From: Deferribacterales bacterium
GTDB taxonomy: Bacteria > Chrysiogenota > Deferribacteres > Deferribacterales > Geovibrionaceae
Direction of reading: 5' to 3'
NCBI GenBank assembly: GCA_050251875.1
Contig: JBFWMA010000002.1
Location: forward strand, 32,001 to 96,000
Length of the DNA: 64,000 nucleotides
Shown here: piece after piece, positions 49,052 to 58,242 of the stretch
How positions within the stretch are numbered: the first letter of the stretch is position 1
How the letters are laid out: every line of letters starts with the position of its first letter
The notes under the pieces: model-generated
Told to the model about the DNA's origin: nothing
What the model saw: the letters and a program-made list of their open reading frames with translations, nothing else
Database searches by the model: none
Program-made: the position numbers and the translations under genes

Positions 49052-49861
49052 ATGCGTCATTACTCAGCGGCTGTCTATGCCAACGAAAATCTGCTTTTGA
49101 CAGAGGTGCTTGATAAACTTGAGAACGAATTTCCCATGATGGGGATTAAGGTTTTCGGGAACTCTCTGGCACACACGGCACTGACCACGGCCACAAACGA
49201 GTATGATGTTCTTCCGGCTGGAATGGTGGGCGAGGAGGAGATTCTTCTCGTTCTGTCCGACCCGAAAGACGATCTGGAAGTTCTGAAAGATTTTGACGGA
49301 GACATAGTCGATTTCACAGGAACTTTTACATCTGACGAGGTATACCGCATAGAGGAGCCTCTGGCATATCTGATTAACGCTATGAAGACCAGACCCGAAG
49401 AGATGGACGCTGTGGCATATGTCCCCGCGGCTGTCTTCGGAAAGAACGGAATAGACGATATGATCAACCAGACCAGAGAGCTTTTCACGTTCACGAATAA
49501 CGAGAACAAGGTTTTTGACGAGAGGCTCGCATTTAACATGTTCTTTTCAGACAGAGAAGAGGGCATATTGGCGGGGATGAGAAAAAAACTGGAAGCGGAA
49601 ACGGGTGTGGACGCCGACCTGAGGTTAGGCGCTGTGTCGACCGGATTTGTTCTTGACGTATATTTCAAAAAAGATGTAAATAAAGAGTTCGGAAATATTA
49701 CAGATATGGTAGGATTTATCCCCACGATGGCAGATATCTGCTCAAAGCCCCGTCCTGTGCTGCTTTCACGCACGAAGAACAGGGTGAGCATAGCCGGGGA
49801 TTACATCAGCCTGATATGCAGCCAGATAATGGACGCCTTCAAAGACATTACCGGAGAATAG
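49052..49861 (+). CDS. Divergent Asd/Usg-like protein, probably non-catalytic
   Basis: GKNGIDDMINQTRELF and FDERLAFNMF resemble Asd/Usg; Rossmann Gly motif and catalytic Cys not visible. Confidence 0.5.
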   Translation: MRHYSAAVYANENLLLTEVLDKLENEFPMMGIKVFGNSLAHTALTTATNEYDVLPAGMVGEEEILLVLSDPKDDLEVLKDFDGDIVDFTGTFTSDEVYRIEEPLAYLINAMKTRPEEMDAVAYVPAAVFGKNGIDDMINQTRELFTFTNNENKVFDERLAFNMFFSDREEGILAGMRKKLEAETGVDADLRLGAVSTGFVLDVYFKKDVNKEFGNITDMVGFIPTMADICSKPRPVLLSRTKNRVSIAGDYISLICSQIMDAFKDITGE

Positions 49862-49864
49862 ATT

Positions 49865-51046
49865 ATGATATACCTTGATAACGTAGCAGGAACAAAGCCG
49901 GACGCAAAAGTTGTTGAAAAGATGATGCCTTACTTCACAGAGCATTACGGCAACCCGAGCGCCCATTTCTACCCCATCGGCAGGGAGGCTTTCGAGGCTA
50001 TGGAGAGAGCAAGGGGACAGGTAGCGTCATTCGTTGGCGCTAAGGCGGAAGAGATAGTCTTCACCTCATGCGGAACAGAATCCAACAACCTCGCTATAAA
50101 AGGTCTGCTGAAAAACCCCATGAACAAGGGCAAGCACATCATCATCAGCGAGATCGAGCATTTCTCCGTTGATTCCGTGACAGCCAAGCTCAGAAATGAC
50201 GGCTATGAGATTACAAAACTGAAAGTTGACGACAACGGGCTTGTGAATCCCGATGATCTGAAAAAAGCTATAAAGAAAGATACGGCTCTGGTCTCTATCC
50301 AGCATACCAACCCCGAGATCGGTACTATCCAGTACACCGACAAACTGGGAGCTATATGCAGAGAGAGCGGAGTGACATTTCATGTGGACGCTGTGGCGGC
50401 AGCCGGATACAGCGAGCTGAACGTGAAAGATCTTAACTGCGATCTGATGTCTATCGCCTCACAGAACTTTTTCGGACCGAAAGGCGCCGGAGCACTGTAT
50501 ATCCGTGAGGGCGTGAAACTCTCCGGAATAATGGACGGCGGACATCAGGAAAGAGGCTACAGAAGCGGCACAGAAAACGTTCCCGCTATAGTGGGAATGG
50601 GCGAGGCGGCTGAGATAGCCCAAAACGATATGAAAGTATATGTACCCGAAATGGTAAGACTCCAGAAGAAACTCTGGGACGGGCTGGGCGGAATGTTCGA
50701 CTTCCTGCATTTCACAGGAGACAAGGACAGACGCAGACCCGGACACGTCAGCTTCTGGATTGAATACATCGAGGGCGAGTCTCTGCTTATGTGGCTCTCT
50801 CTCAAAGGCATTGCATGCGCCAGCGGTTCAGCCTGTTCGTCCAACATTCTCGCTGAGGATGAGGAAGATCTGGCGGCTTCATATGTTCTGACCGCTGTAG
50901 GCGTGCCCAGCGACATCTGCGCAGGGTCACTGGGAATGTCCATGTCGAAATACAACACCGAAGGCGATATAGATAAGGTTCTTGAGGTTATGCCCGAGAC
51001 AGTTACACGACTTTGCGAAATGTCGCCAATGTACAACAGAAAATAA
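49865..51046 (+). CDS. nifS: Cysteine desulfurase (NifS/IscS)
   Basis: IYLDN, GNPSA, FTSCGTESNN, HVDAV, RSGTENV, SGSACSS; the PLP-lysine motif reads SQNFFGPKG rather than the usual GHKxxGPKG. Confidence 0.88.
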   Translation: MIYLDNVAGTKPDAKVVEKMMPYFTEHYGNPSAHFYPIGREAFEAMERARGQVASFVGAKAEEIVFTSCGTESNNLAIKGLLKNPMNKGKHIIISEIEHFSVDSVTAKLRNDGYEITKLKVDDNGLVNPDDLKKAIKKDTALVSIQHTNPEIGTIQYTDKLGAICRESGVTFHVDAVAAAGYSELNVKDLNCDLMSIASQNFFGPKGAGALYIREGVKLSGIMDGGHQERGYRSGTENVPAIVGMGEAAEIAQNDMKVYVPEMVRLQKKLWDGLGGMFDFLHFTGDKDRRRPGHVSFWIEYIEGESLLMWLSLKGIACASGSACSSNILAEDEEDLAASYVLTAVGVPSDICAGSLGMSMSKYNTEGDIDKVLEVMPETVTRLCEMSPMYNRK

Positions 51047-51068
51047 GGTTTTCTACAGGAGGATAGCT

Positions 51069-51500
51069 ATGGCTAAAGGACCATACAGCGACAAAGTTAT
51101 GGATCACTTCATGAACCCCAGAAACATGGGCGAGATAGCTGACGCAAACGGCATCGGCGAAGTGGGCAACCCCGCATGCGGCGATGTTATGAAAATATTT
51201 CTCAAAATAAACGATGATCAGGTAGTGGAAGACGTAAAATTTAAAACTTTCGGCTGCGGCGCTGCCATCGCTTCCAGCTCCATGGCGACAGAGCTTATGA
51301 TCGGCAAAAAGGTTGAGGAGCTTCTCGCTCTCACAAACCAGGCTATCGTAGAAGCTCTGGACGGACTTCCCCCCGCGAAGATCCACTGCTCTGTAATGGC
51401 TGAAGAAGCTATTGAAGAAGCTCTGAAAAACTACTTCAAAGAGAAAGGTCAGGATCCCGCCATCGTTGACGAAATGAAAGCTAAGATCAGAAAGAATTAA
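51069..51500 (+). CDS. nifU: Fe-S scaffold NifU/IscU
   Basis: AGGAGG RBS; HFMNPRN, NPACGD, FGCGAAIAS, KIHCS. Confidence 0.93.
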   Translation: MAKGPYSDKVMDHFMNPRNMGEIADANGIGEVGNPACGDVMKIFLKINDDQVVEDVKFKTFGCGAAIASSSMATELMIGKKVEELLALTNQAIVEALDGLPPAKIHCSVMAEEAIEEALKNYFKEKGQDPAIVDEMKAKIRKN

Positions 51501-51521
51501 TTATATACGGAGGAATCACCA

Positions 51522-51749
51522 ATGAGCCTTAGAGAAAGAGTAGAAGAAGTTCTGGATCAGGTAAGACCCACACTGCAAGCTGACGGCGGAGACATCACTC
51601 TGCTCGATGTATCAGAAGACGGCATCGTAAAAGTTCAGCTCACAGGAGCTTGCGGTTCATGCCCTTTCAGCACAATGACACTGAAACACGGTGTTGAAGC
51701 CAGACTGAAAGATATGATCCCCGAAGTAAAAGAAGTCCTTTCTATATAA
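51522..51749 (+). CDS. NifU C-terminal (Nfu) domain protein
   Basis: [19 protein letters not shown]. Confidence 0.93.
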   Translation: MSLRERVEEVLDQVRPTLQADGGDITLLDVSEDGIVKVQLTGACGSCPFSTMTLKHGVEARLKDMIPEVKEVLSI

Positions 51750-51750
51750 C

Positions 51751-51780
51751 AAAAAGGGAGCTTAAAAAGCTCCCTTTTTT
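51751..51780 (+). terminator. Intrinsic terminator
   Basis: AAAAGGGAGCT-TAAAA-AGCTCCCTTTTT. Confidence 0.85.
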
Positions 51781-51790
51781 ATTTAAATTA

Positions 51791-51871
51791 TACAGAAACG
51801 CCTACCGACAGTAGGGCGGGGTTTTATACCCCGCCGAAAAATGCACGGCGGCATATAAAATGCCACCCTAC
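51791..51871. repeat. GTAG-type REP doublet
   Basis: GTAGGGCGGGGTTTTATACCCCGCC ... GGCGGCATATAAAATGCCACCCTAC. Confidence 0.75.
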
Positions 51872-51900
51872 TTAATTCAGAAAAATATTTCAAAGAATAA

Positions 51901-52208
51901 CGGACTTCATCCGTGAAGTCGATTATTTTTGCAAAAATTCATCCGTCCATGGAGAATTTTTGATACCGTTCCACTCAGGCTAAGCCTTCGTTTCACTTAC
52001 GTTCCGTTCATTCATCCAAACAAGTTTGTATTCATTCACTCCACGAACTTCATCCGTGAAGTCGATTATTTTTGCAAAAATTCATCCGTCCATGGAGAAT
52101 TTTTGATACCGTTCCACTCGGAGTAATCCTCGTTTCACTTACGTTCCGTTCATTCATCCAAACAAGTTTGTATTCATTCACTCCACGGACTTCATCCATG
52201 AAGTCGAT
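51901..52208. repeat. Tandem 142-143-bp structured repeat (2 full units plus a partial one)
   Basis: Units start at 51901, 52044 and 52186 and are near-identical; same family as 33224-33405 in the opposite orientation. Confidence 0.92.
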
Positions 52209-52211
52209 TTT

Positions 52212-52335
52212 CGTCATTGCGAGCGAAGCGTCGCAATCTCGGCGGGGTATAAAACCCCGCCCTACTATCGGCGGGTGTTTCTGTACCGAGCTAGCTGAAA
52301 AACCCCGCCCTACTATCGGCGGGTGTTTCTATATT
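52212..52335. repeat. GTCATTGCGAG-type palindrome followed by two GTAG-type REP copies
   Basis: CGTCATTGCGAGCGAAGCGTCGCAATCT; AAAACCCCGCCCTACTATCGGCGGGTGTTTCT present twice. Confidence 0.75.
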
Positions 52336-52343
52336 ATCTGAAT

Positions 52344-52372
52344 AAAAAAAGGAGCCTTTCAGCTCCTTGTTT
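52344..52372 (-). terminator. Intrinsic terminator of the acs-like/CBS operon
   Basis: AAAAAAAGGAGC-N6-GCTCCTT. Confidence 0.7.
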
Positions 52373-52789
52373 TTATATCTTATGTAATAATGCCTTGAGA
52401 ATATCTCCGAGGGTAACGAGCCCCACCAGTTTTCCTTCTTTGTCAACAACAGGCAGTCTGTGGCGGAATTTTTCCAGAACCAGTGTTGCCGCTTCCTCAA
52501 CGGAGGTGTCGGGGGTGATAGTCACCGCCGGCATATGCATAACTCTTTTTATGGGTTCGGCTGTGAGCTCTCTGACATCCACCAGAGGAATATACTGGGC
52601 TTCGTTCAGGATGTCGGGCAGAGCCTTGGCAACGTCAGACTCGCTGAATGTCGCCAGAACCTTTCCGGATTTGTCCACAACGGGCAGTCCGGAAACGTTC
52701 TTTTTTCTTATTTTCAGTATGACCTCTTTGATAGTTTCGTCAGGTCCCGCAGTGATGACGTTGGCGGTCATAATATCACTAACTTTCAT
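52373..52789 (-). CDS. CBS-pair domain protein
   Basis: MKVSDIMT, GLPVVD, RLPVVD...GLVTLGDI. Confidence 0.92.
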   Translation of the reverse strand: MKVSDIMTANVITAGPDETIKEVILKIRKKNVSGLPVVDKSGKVLATFSESDVAKALPDILNEAQYIPLVDVRELTAEPIKRVMHMPAVTITPDTSVEEAATLVLEKFRHRLPVVDKEGKLVGLVTLGDILKALLHKI

Positions 52790-52802
52790 TTTAACTCCTG
52801 TG

Positions 52803-54689
52803 TTACATCTGCATGGCTATTTCTTTCAATAAATCTCTCAAAATGACACCGTCAGGTGATTTTGGTATCGTTCGTGTAAAACGTATTTCGTTCGGAGTGG
52901 CGAGTTCGCCTATCTCTCCTATTATAACCTCTTTTATCTCTCTGATAAACTGCTCGTGATAGCTTTCGTCCTGTTTGTTTTTCAGAACGCAAAAGGCGAT
53001 GAGCTTTTCTCCCCGTTTCTCATCATTAACATTTATCAGAGCGCATTCTTTGACATTCTGATATTTTTTGACTGCTTCTTCTATCTCAACGAGACTTATA
53101 CGTTTACCGCCTATGTGGAGTACATCGTCCAGACGACCTGTCAGCACCATGTTCCGGCTGTCGTCATATTCGCCGCCGTCACCCGTGCTGAAGTAAGGGT
53201 TGCCTGTTCCGTCTTTTTTCCAATAGAGCTTTTCAAAAACGCCTGGTTGGCCGAAAATAGACCTCGCCAGAGGGGCAAAAGGTCCGTTAATCACTATTTC
53301 ACCTTGAATGTGGCTACTATCTATCACATTTTTTGTTGTTTTGTCCAGCAAAACAGCGGGCACGCCAGGAAGTCTTCTGCTCACCGTGCCGTATTCCACC
53401 GTTTCATACCCGGGAACGGAGGAGAATATCGCTCCGCCGGCTTCTGTCAGCGAATATATGTCGAAGAAGACGGCTTTGCTTGCGCACAGCTTGGTGGATG
53501 CCCATTCCAGAACCTCTTCACGCATCTTTTCCCCGCCTGTCGCCACCATGTCCAGAGCGGGCAGCTCACGGAATACTTTCTTTTTCTGGGCGGCGTTCAT
53601 AAGGGTTTTCAACAGTGATGGGGTGGTATAGAGCTTGTTCACGCTGAATTTACTGCATATGTCATAAAAGTTTTTCGCGTTGTCGATGTCTATTGTGTCT
53701 TCACAGATCAGCACCGTCTGTCCCGCCATCAGCGGACCATAGACCAGATAAGAGTGACCTGTGATCCAAGATATGTCGGCGGTACACCAGAAGGTGTCCG
53801 TGTCTTTTTTGTCAAACAGGGTGAGGTATGACATGTACGCCCACAGCATATATCCGGCGTATGAGAATGTCAGCGCCTTCGGCTCCGCCATGTTGGTGGA
53901 GGTATAAAGCATGAACATGGTGTCGTCTGCGTTCACGGGAGCCAGATGTATCTCTGAGGCATCGCAGTGTACCTCGTCCGATATCATGTCGTGATACCAG
54001 ATATCCCTGAGAGGCTTCATATGCACACGTTTTCCTGTCCTGGAGGCGACTATGCAGTATTTCGGCGAATGTTTGCATTTTGACAGGGCGGTGTCCAGCT
54101 TCTCTTTCATGTTGACGTGTTTTCCGGTGACGGATTCGTCAGAGGTGACAACGATGAACGGCTTACAGTCGTCTATCCTGTCCGCCAGAGATTCCGTGGC
54201 GTATCCGGCATGGTAAACCACATGCACGGCGCCTATGCTGGCGCAGGCTATCATCATAACAATCAGCTCGGGCATGTTCGGCATATGCAGAAGAACCCTG
54301 TCGCCCCTTTTGATGCCAAGTTTCAGGAGGGCTGAGGCGCACTTGATAACCTCGGAGTACAATGACTGATACGTCATGATGCTTTGTGTGCCGTCACTGC
54401 CGGCCCACACTATGGCGGCTTTATTTTTTGTATGAGTTTTAAGATGTTTCAGAAGAATGTTTTTGATAGGACAGAGCATGCCGGATTTGAAAAAGGTGTA
54501 TCCACCTGTCAGATCAGGTGTGATAGCCTTCGAATATTTCTCCTCCCAGATGAGAAATCTGGAGCCGAGATATTCATAAAGCTCCTCAGGATCGGTCATC
54601 GCCTCAATCCTTTTCAGCTCATATACAGACATTTCAGTTCGCTGGTAATTTTCGAAGTTAGATTTTAATCTGGTTAAATACTGACTCAT
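52803..54689 (-). CDS. Acetyl-CoA synthetase homolog with degenerate catalytic motifs
   Basis: Acs framework (GDRV, WCTADISWITGHSYLVYGPL, TGDG, GRLDDV), but P-loop reads YTSTNMAEPK and A10 reads PKSPDGV. Confidence 0.82.
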   Translation of the reverse strand: MSQYLTRLKSNFENYQRTEMSVYELKRIEAMTDPEELYEYLGSRFLIWEEKYSKAITPDLTGGYTFFKSGMLCPIKNILLKHLKTHTKNKAAIVWAGSDGTQSIMTYQSLYSEVIKCASALLKLGIKRGDRVLLHMPNMPELIVMMIACASIGAVHVVYHAGYATESLADRIDDCKPFIVVTSDESVTGKHVNMKEKLDTALSKCKHSPKYCIVASRTGKRVHMKPLRDIWYHDMISDEVHCDASEIHLAPVNADDTMFMLYTSTNMAEPKALTFSYAGYMLWAYMSYLTLFDKKDTDTFWCTADISWITGHSYLVYGPLMAGQTVLICEDTIDIDNAKNFYDICSKFSVNKLYTTPSLLKTLMNAAQKKKVFRELPALDMVATGGEKMREEVLEWASTKLCASKAVFFDIYSLTEAGGAIFSSVPGYETVEYGTVSRRLPGVPAVLLDKTTKNVIDSSHIQGEIVINGPFAPLARSIFGQPGVFEKLYWKKDGTGNPYFSTGDGGEYDDSRNMVLTGRLDDVLHIGGKRISLVEIEEAVKKYQNVKECALINVNDEKRGEKLIAFCVLKNKQDESYHEQFIREIKEVIIGEIGELATPNEIRFTRTIPKSPDGVILRDLLKEIAMQM

Positions 54690-54852
54690 AGATGTACCCC
54701 GTGTGTATCTGACATAATAATATAACATTATTTCGTAATAAGTCTATAAAAGTAGCGTGCGGATTTAATTTTGCGGATATGTTGGGGGTATAAATGGTGA
54801 TTTGTGAGTGATATCGCTATATACAGAAAAAAGCTGAACGAAACAATATTAT

Positions 54853-54879
54853 AAAAAAGGCAGGTCAATGACCTGCCTT
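54853..54879 (-). terminator. Intrinsic terminator
   Basis: AAGGCAGGTC-AAT-GACCTGCCTT with an A-run on the left (U-tail on the minus strand). Confidence 0.75.
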
Positions 54880-54887
54880 AATATTAT

Positions 54888-55370
54888 TTATTTATCGAAG
54901 TAGAGGGTTATGATTCCCTCGATGGGAGCGGCATAATCGAATCCGGCTGAGGATTCGGGAACCAGAAAGTTGTCTTCCTGAACAGGGGTGAATCTGTATG
55001 ACAGTCTGACGGAAGGTATTTCGCCTTTCGGCAGGTTAAGAGTCATCTGCTTAGACGCTCTGTGTTTCAGATTTCCCAGATTTTTATAGTTATAAGATCC
55101 TTCGCCTTTTACAACCAGCTGACAGCACTCGTCATAGTTTATGCTGATGTTTTTCATGAAGATGTTTCCGGTGTTCTTCACGGTCATCATCAGAACCTGT
55201 CCTTCGGGCGCTTCTTTCAGACTGTAGTAGATGGTGAGATATTCGTCTCCGGCGGAGTGGGCATATGTTTCAGAGAGCTTAGCCGCAGGTCTGTACTGCA
55301 TAGCCACATCCATACATCCTGTGAGGATGAGTGAAAACACCGCAAGCATGCCAATAATGATTTTTTTCAT
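54888..55370 (-). CDS. Lipoprotein, hypothetical
   Basis: Lipobox LTGC; AAGGAG RBS. Confidence 0.7.
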   Translation of the reverse strand: MKKIIIGMLAVFSLILTGCMDVAMQYRPAAKLSETYAHSAGDEYLTIYYSLKEAPEGQVLMMTVKNTGNIFMKNISINYDECCQLVVKGEGSYNYKNLGNLKHRASKQMTLNLPKGEIPSVRLSYRFTPVQEDNFLVPESSAGFDYAAPIEGIITLYFDK

Positions 55371-55388
55371 AATAAGACTCCTTGATGT

Positions 55389-55802
55389 TTAACCGGGTCT
55401 GTTTATATAGTCTTCGTGGGGGTCACGTTCATCGTCTTCCTTGTCCACAGGTTTCGGAGACGGAGTGGGCAGAGACTGCATGGGTTCATTGGGCGCCGGC
55501 TGGGCGACAATCACAGAATCGGGTTCTTTCTGTGTTTCGGGTTCTTTTTCCAGCAGATCGGCTTCTTTGGCGTCTATTTTTTTGTCTATATCGAGGATAT
55601 ATGAATAGTCCGGCTCGAAATCATCCGCCTTCAGCTCGCCTGTTCTGATTTTTTCCAGAACTTTATTGCCTATCAGCTTGACCCTTTCGTCACGCTTCTT
55701 CTTCAGATTGGCAATATCAATCCTGATGCTGCCTGTTCTGGCGAGTTTCTGAATCTCGTCTATACCTTTTTCAAAAGTATCCTTAATCCAGTTCGTAGAC
55801 AT
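55389..55802 (-). CDS. Hypothetical coiled-coil protein with acidic/Pro tail
   Basis: Tightly packed in the operon; charged helical composition. Confidence 0.65.
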   Translation of the reverse strand: MSTNWIKDTFEKGIDEIQKLARTGSIRIDIANLKKKRDERVKLIGNKVLEKIRTGELKADDFEPDYSYILDIDKKIDAKEADLLEKEPETQKEPDSVIVAQPAPNEPMQSLPTPSPKPVDKEDDERDPHEDYINRPG

Positions 55803-55803
55803 T

Positions 55804-56385
55804 CTATCCCCCTGAGCCCCATTTTTTATATAATCTATGCTCTATATCCATTATATCAAATATTTTTCCTGTTATGAAAGATATTAATTCACTTATATTG
55901 TCAGGGCAATGATAAAATCCGGGGGCAGCGGGCATAATTACCGCTCCGGCTCTGGTGAGAGCCGCCATATTTTCCAGATGTATCAGGTTCAGAGGTGTTT
56001 CACGGAAGAGTATAATCAGCTTCCGGCGCTCCTTCATGGCTACATCGGCGCATCTCTCTATCAGGTTGCTGCTGACACCGGACGCCGTTCTGCCCACGAA
56101 GCCCATGGACGCAGGAGCGATGATGTATCCGTCCACCCTGTATGAACCGCTGGACACGGGGGCGGCAAAGTCTTTGTGATCGTATATCACAGACTTAGCG
56201 CCTATATCATCAATAAAGTCATTAGCGGTTTTATAGTCTTTTTTCAGCTCCAGATTTATGTTTGTCATTCCGTCCGGCGTCACACAGAGATGCGTTTCGC
56301 ACCCGTGGCGGGGGAGCTGTTCCAGCATATCTTTTGCGTATACCGCTCCGCTGGCTCCTGTCACGCCCAGAAAAATCTTTTTCAT
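55804..56385 (-). CDS. ubiX: Flavin prenyltransferase
   Basis: GVTGASG, SSGS, KERRKL, RETPL, PGFY. Confidence 0.93.
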   Translation of the reverse strand: MKKIFLGVTGASGAVYAKDMLEQLPRHGCETHLCVTPDGMTNINLELKKDYKTANDFIDDIGAKSVIYDHKDFAAPVSSGSYRVDGYIIAPASMGFVGRTASGVSSNLIERCADVAMKERRKLIILFRETPLNLIHLENMAALTRAGAVIMPAAPGFYHCPDNISELISFITGKIFDIMDIEHRLYKKWGSGG

Positions 56386-56386
56386 A

Positions 56387-57241
56387 TCATTTCCTTATCA
56401 TCACGTCTATGAACGTGAAAACGCATATGGTAAGGCTAATATACGCATTGAGGTTGAAGAATGCCATGCCCAGACGTGAGAGGTCGGAGGGTTTTATGAT
56501 GGCATGCTGATAGACCATGAATCCGCCGGACAGGAGTATTCCCGCCAGATAGACGTATCCGGCGCCCATTCCGTACCATGTGTAGATGAAAAGCACGAAG
56601 GCGACAGCGTGAAAAACTCTGGCAAGGGTCAGTGAACCGGAGAGCCCCAGAAAGCGGGGGATGGAAAACAGCCCCTCGTTCTTGTCAAACTCGATGTCCT
56701 GACAGGCGTACACAATGTCGAAACCGGAGACCCAGAAGAGTATGGCAAGCCCCATGATGCTGACGGGCAGGGTTATCGTTCCTGTGACTGCCGCCCAGGC
56801 TCCTATGGGTGCGATGCCCAGAGCCACCCCGAGCACTATGTGGCACAGAAAGGTGAATCTCTTTGTATATGAATAGAGTATGAAGACAAGGAAGGGTACG
56901 GGGGACAGATAGAAACAGAGCGGGTTCAGCATATAAGCCGAGAAGAAATAGAGAGCGAACGACAGAGTGACGTAGAGCGATGCCTCCGCCACGGAAATTT
57001 TTCCGGCGGGGATATCACGTTTCTCTGTTCTGGGATTTCTGGCATCTATCTTAGCGTCCGCTATGCGGTTAAAGCCCATCGCGCCGCTTCTGGCGCCCAG
57101 AACGGCAAGGGCTATCCAAGCTATAGTCTTTATATCCGGCAGACCGCCAGCCGCCAGAAACATGCCTGTGAAGGCGAAGGGCAGGGCGAATAGGGTATGC
57201 TCGACTTTTATCATGCTTAAGAATGTTTTGAGCTTTTCCAA
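56387..57241 (-). CDS. UbiA-family prenyltransferase (MqnP-like)
   Basis: EHTLFALPF, NRIADAKIDARNPRT, YSYTKR, DIVYACQD. Confidence 0.9.
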   Translation of the reverse strand: MEKLKTFLSMIKVEHTLFALPFAFTGMFLAAGGLPDIKTIAWIALAVLGARSGAMGFNRIADAKIDARNPRTEKRDIPAGKISVAEASLYVTLSFALYFFSAYMLNPLCFYLSPVPFLVFILYSYTKRFTFLCHIVLGVALGIAPIGAWAAVTGTITLPVSIMGLAILFWVSGFDIVYACQDIEFDKNEGLFSIPRFLGLSGSLTLARVFHAVAFVLFIYTWYGMGAGYVYLAGILLSGGFMVYQHAIIKPSDLSRLGMAFFNLNAYISLTICVFTFIDVMIRK

Positions 57242-57294
57242 AATAATGCTCCGTGAAAATGATCGTTAATACTAAAACAAAACGGAGGAGTTTT

Positions 57295-58242
57295 TCAAGA
57301 TAAGATTATGTCCAGAATGCTGTCGGCGAAATCATCGGAATCGTTAAGGCTTTCCGTCCTTACTATGTTCAGTCCCTTAGCCCTGACGAGAGGGATGTAC
57401 TGTTCGTCCAGCTCGATGAGCGTCTCTATGTGGTCGGAAACAAAAGATATCGGCACTACTATTATATTGTCGGTTTTTTCATCAGCCAGCCTGGCAAGCT
57501 CTCTGTCGGTGTACGGTCCGACCCATTTCACAGGACCTGTGCGGCTCTGATATGACAGCCCCCATGACAGCGGGCTGACAGCGTTTACCAGATACTGCAC
57601 CTGTTCGTTTATCTGATAGGTATAGGCATCGCCTTTTTTCACTGTGTATTCAGGCAGTGAGTGGGCGGAGAACTGAATATGACATTCGGATATCTCTTTG
57701 CCCAGCTTTGAGGCGGCGTCTCTGATGCGCTTTATCAGACACTCGTTGTAGCTTTTGTTCAGGTGCCAGCTCTCTATCTTTTTTATGTCTCCGCTCAGCC
57801 TCTGGGCTTTGTCGAACCTGTCGAAACACACGCCTGTGGTGGTGTATGAATACTGCGGATACATGGTGGTTACATAGATGCTGTCATACGGGATATTTTT
57901 CAGGATTTTCAGGCTCTGTTCTATGTACGGATGGTAATAGCACATGCCGACGGCAGTCGCCAGACTGTTTCCGGTGCGCTCCTGATACATGGGGCGTATT
58001 CTGTCCAGCAGAGATACCAGATAGGGGTGCTGGGGCGAACGTCCCCCCAGCTTCATATATTCCGGGGCGACTTTTACCGCCCGTTTTTTGGCTATTTTTT
58101 TCGCAAGAATATTTTGCAGAAAACCGCCTATGTGAAAATCGATAATGGTACGGTCGGAGAAGAGGTTGCGGAGGAATTCCTCGATCCCTTCTATGCTGTC
58201 CGGACCGCCCATGTACATCACATAGAGCAGATCTTTTTTCAT
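57295..58242 (-). CDS. hemH: Ferrochelatase
   Basis: MGGP, YPQYS, FSAHSLP, YQSR, FVSDHIETL. Confidence 0.95.
   Translation of the reverse strand: MKKDLLYVMYMGGPDSIEGIEEFLRNLFSDRTIIDFHIGGFLQNILAKKIAKKRAVKVAPEYMKLGGRSPQHPYLVSLLDRIRPMYQERTGNSLATAVGMCYYHPYIEQSLKILKNIPYDSIYVTTMYPQYSYTTTGVCFDRFDKAQRLSGDIKKIESWHLNKSYNECLIKRIRDAASKLGKEISECHIQFSAHSLPEYTVKKGDAYTYQINEQVQYLVNAVSPLSWGLSYQSRTGPVKWVGPYTDRELARLADEKTDNIIVVPISFVSDHIETLIELDEQYIPLVRAKGLNIVRTESLNDSDDFADSILDIILS

Noticed and set aside
51901..52208. Tandem repeat as a CRISPR array
   Set aside because: Units are 142-143 bp and near-identical throughout, with no unique spacers and no cas genes in the window.
51929..52341. ORFs 51929..52126 and 52072..52341 (also 33316..33504)
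   Set aside because: They are translations of the repeat element, with no RBS or recognisable domain.
52803..54689. Calling the Acs homolog a pseudogene or canonical acsA
   Set aside because: The frame is intact and full length, so it is not a pseudogene; key catalytic motifs are altered, so the symbol was withheld.
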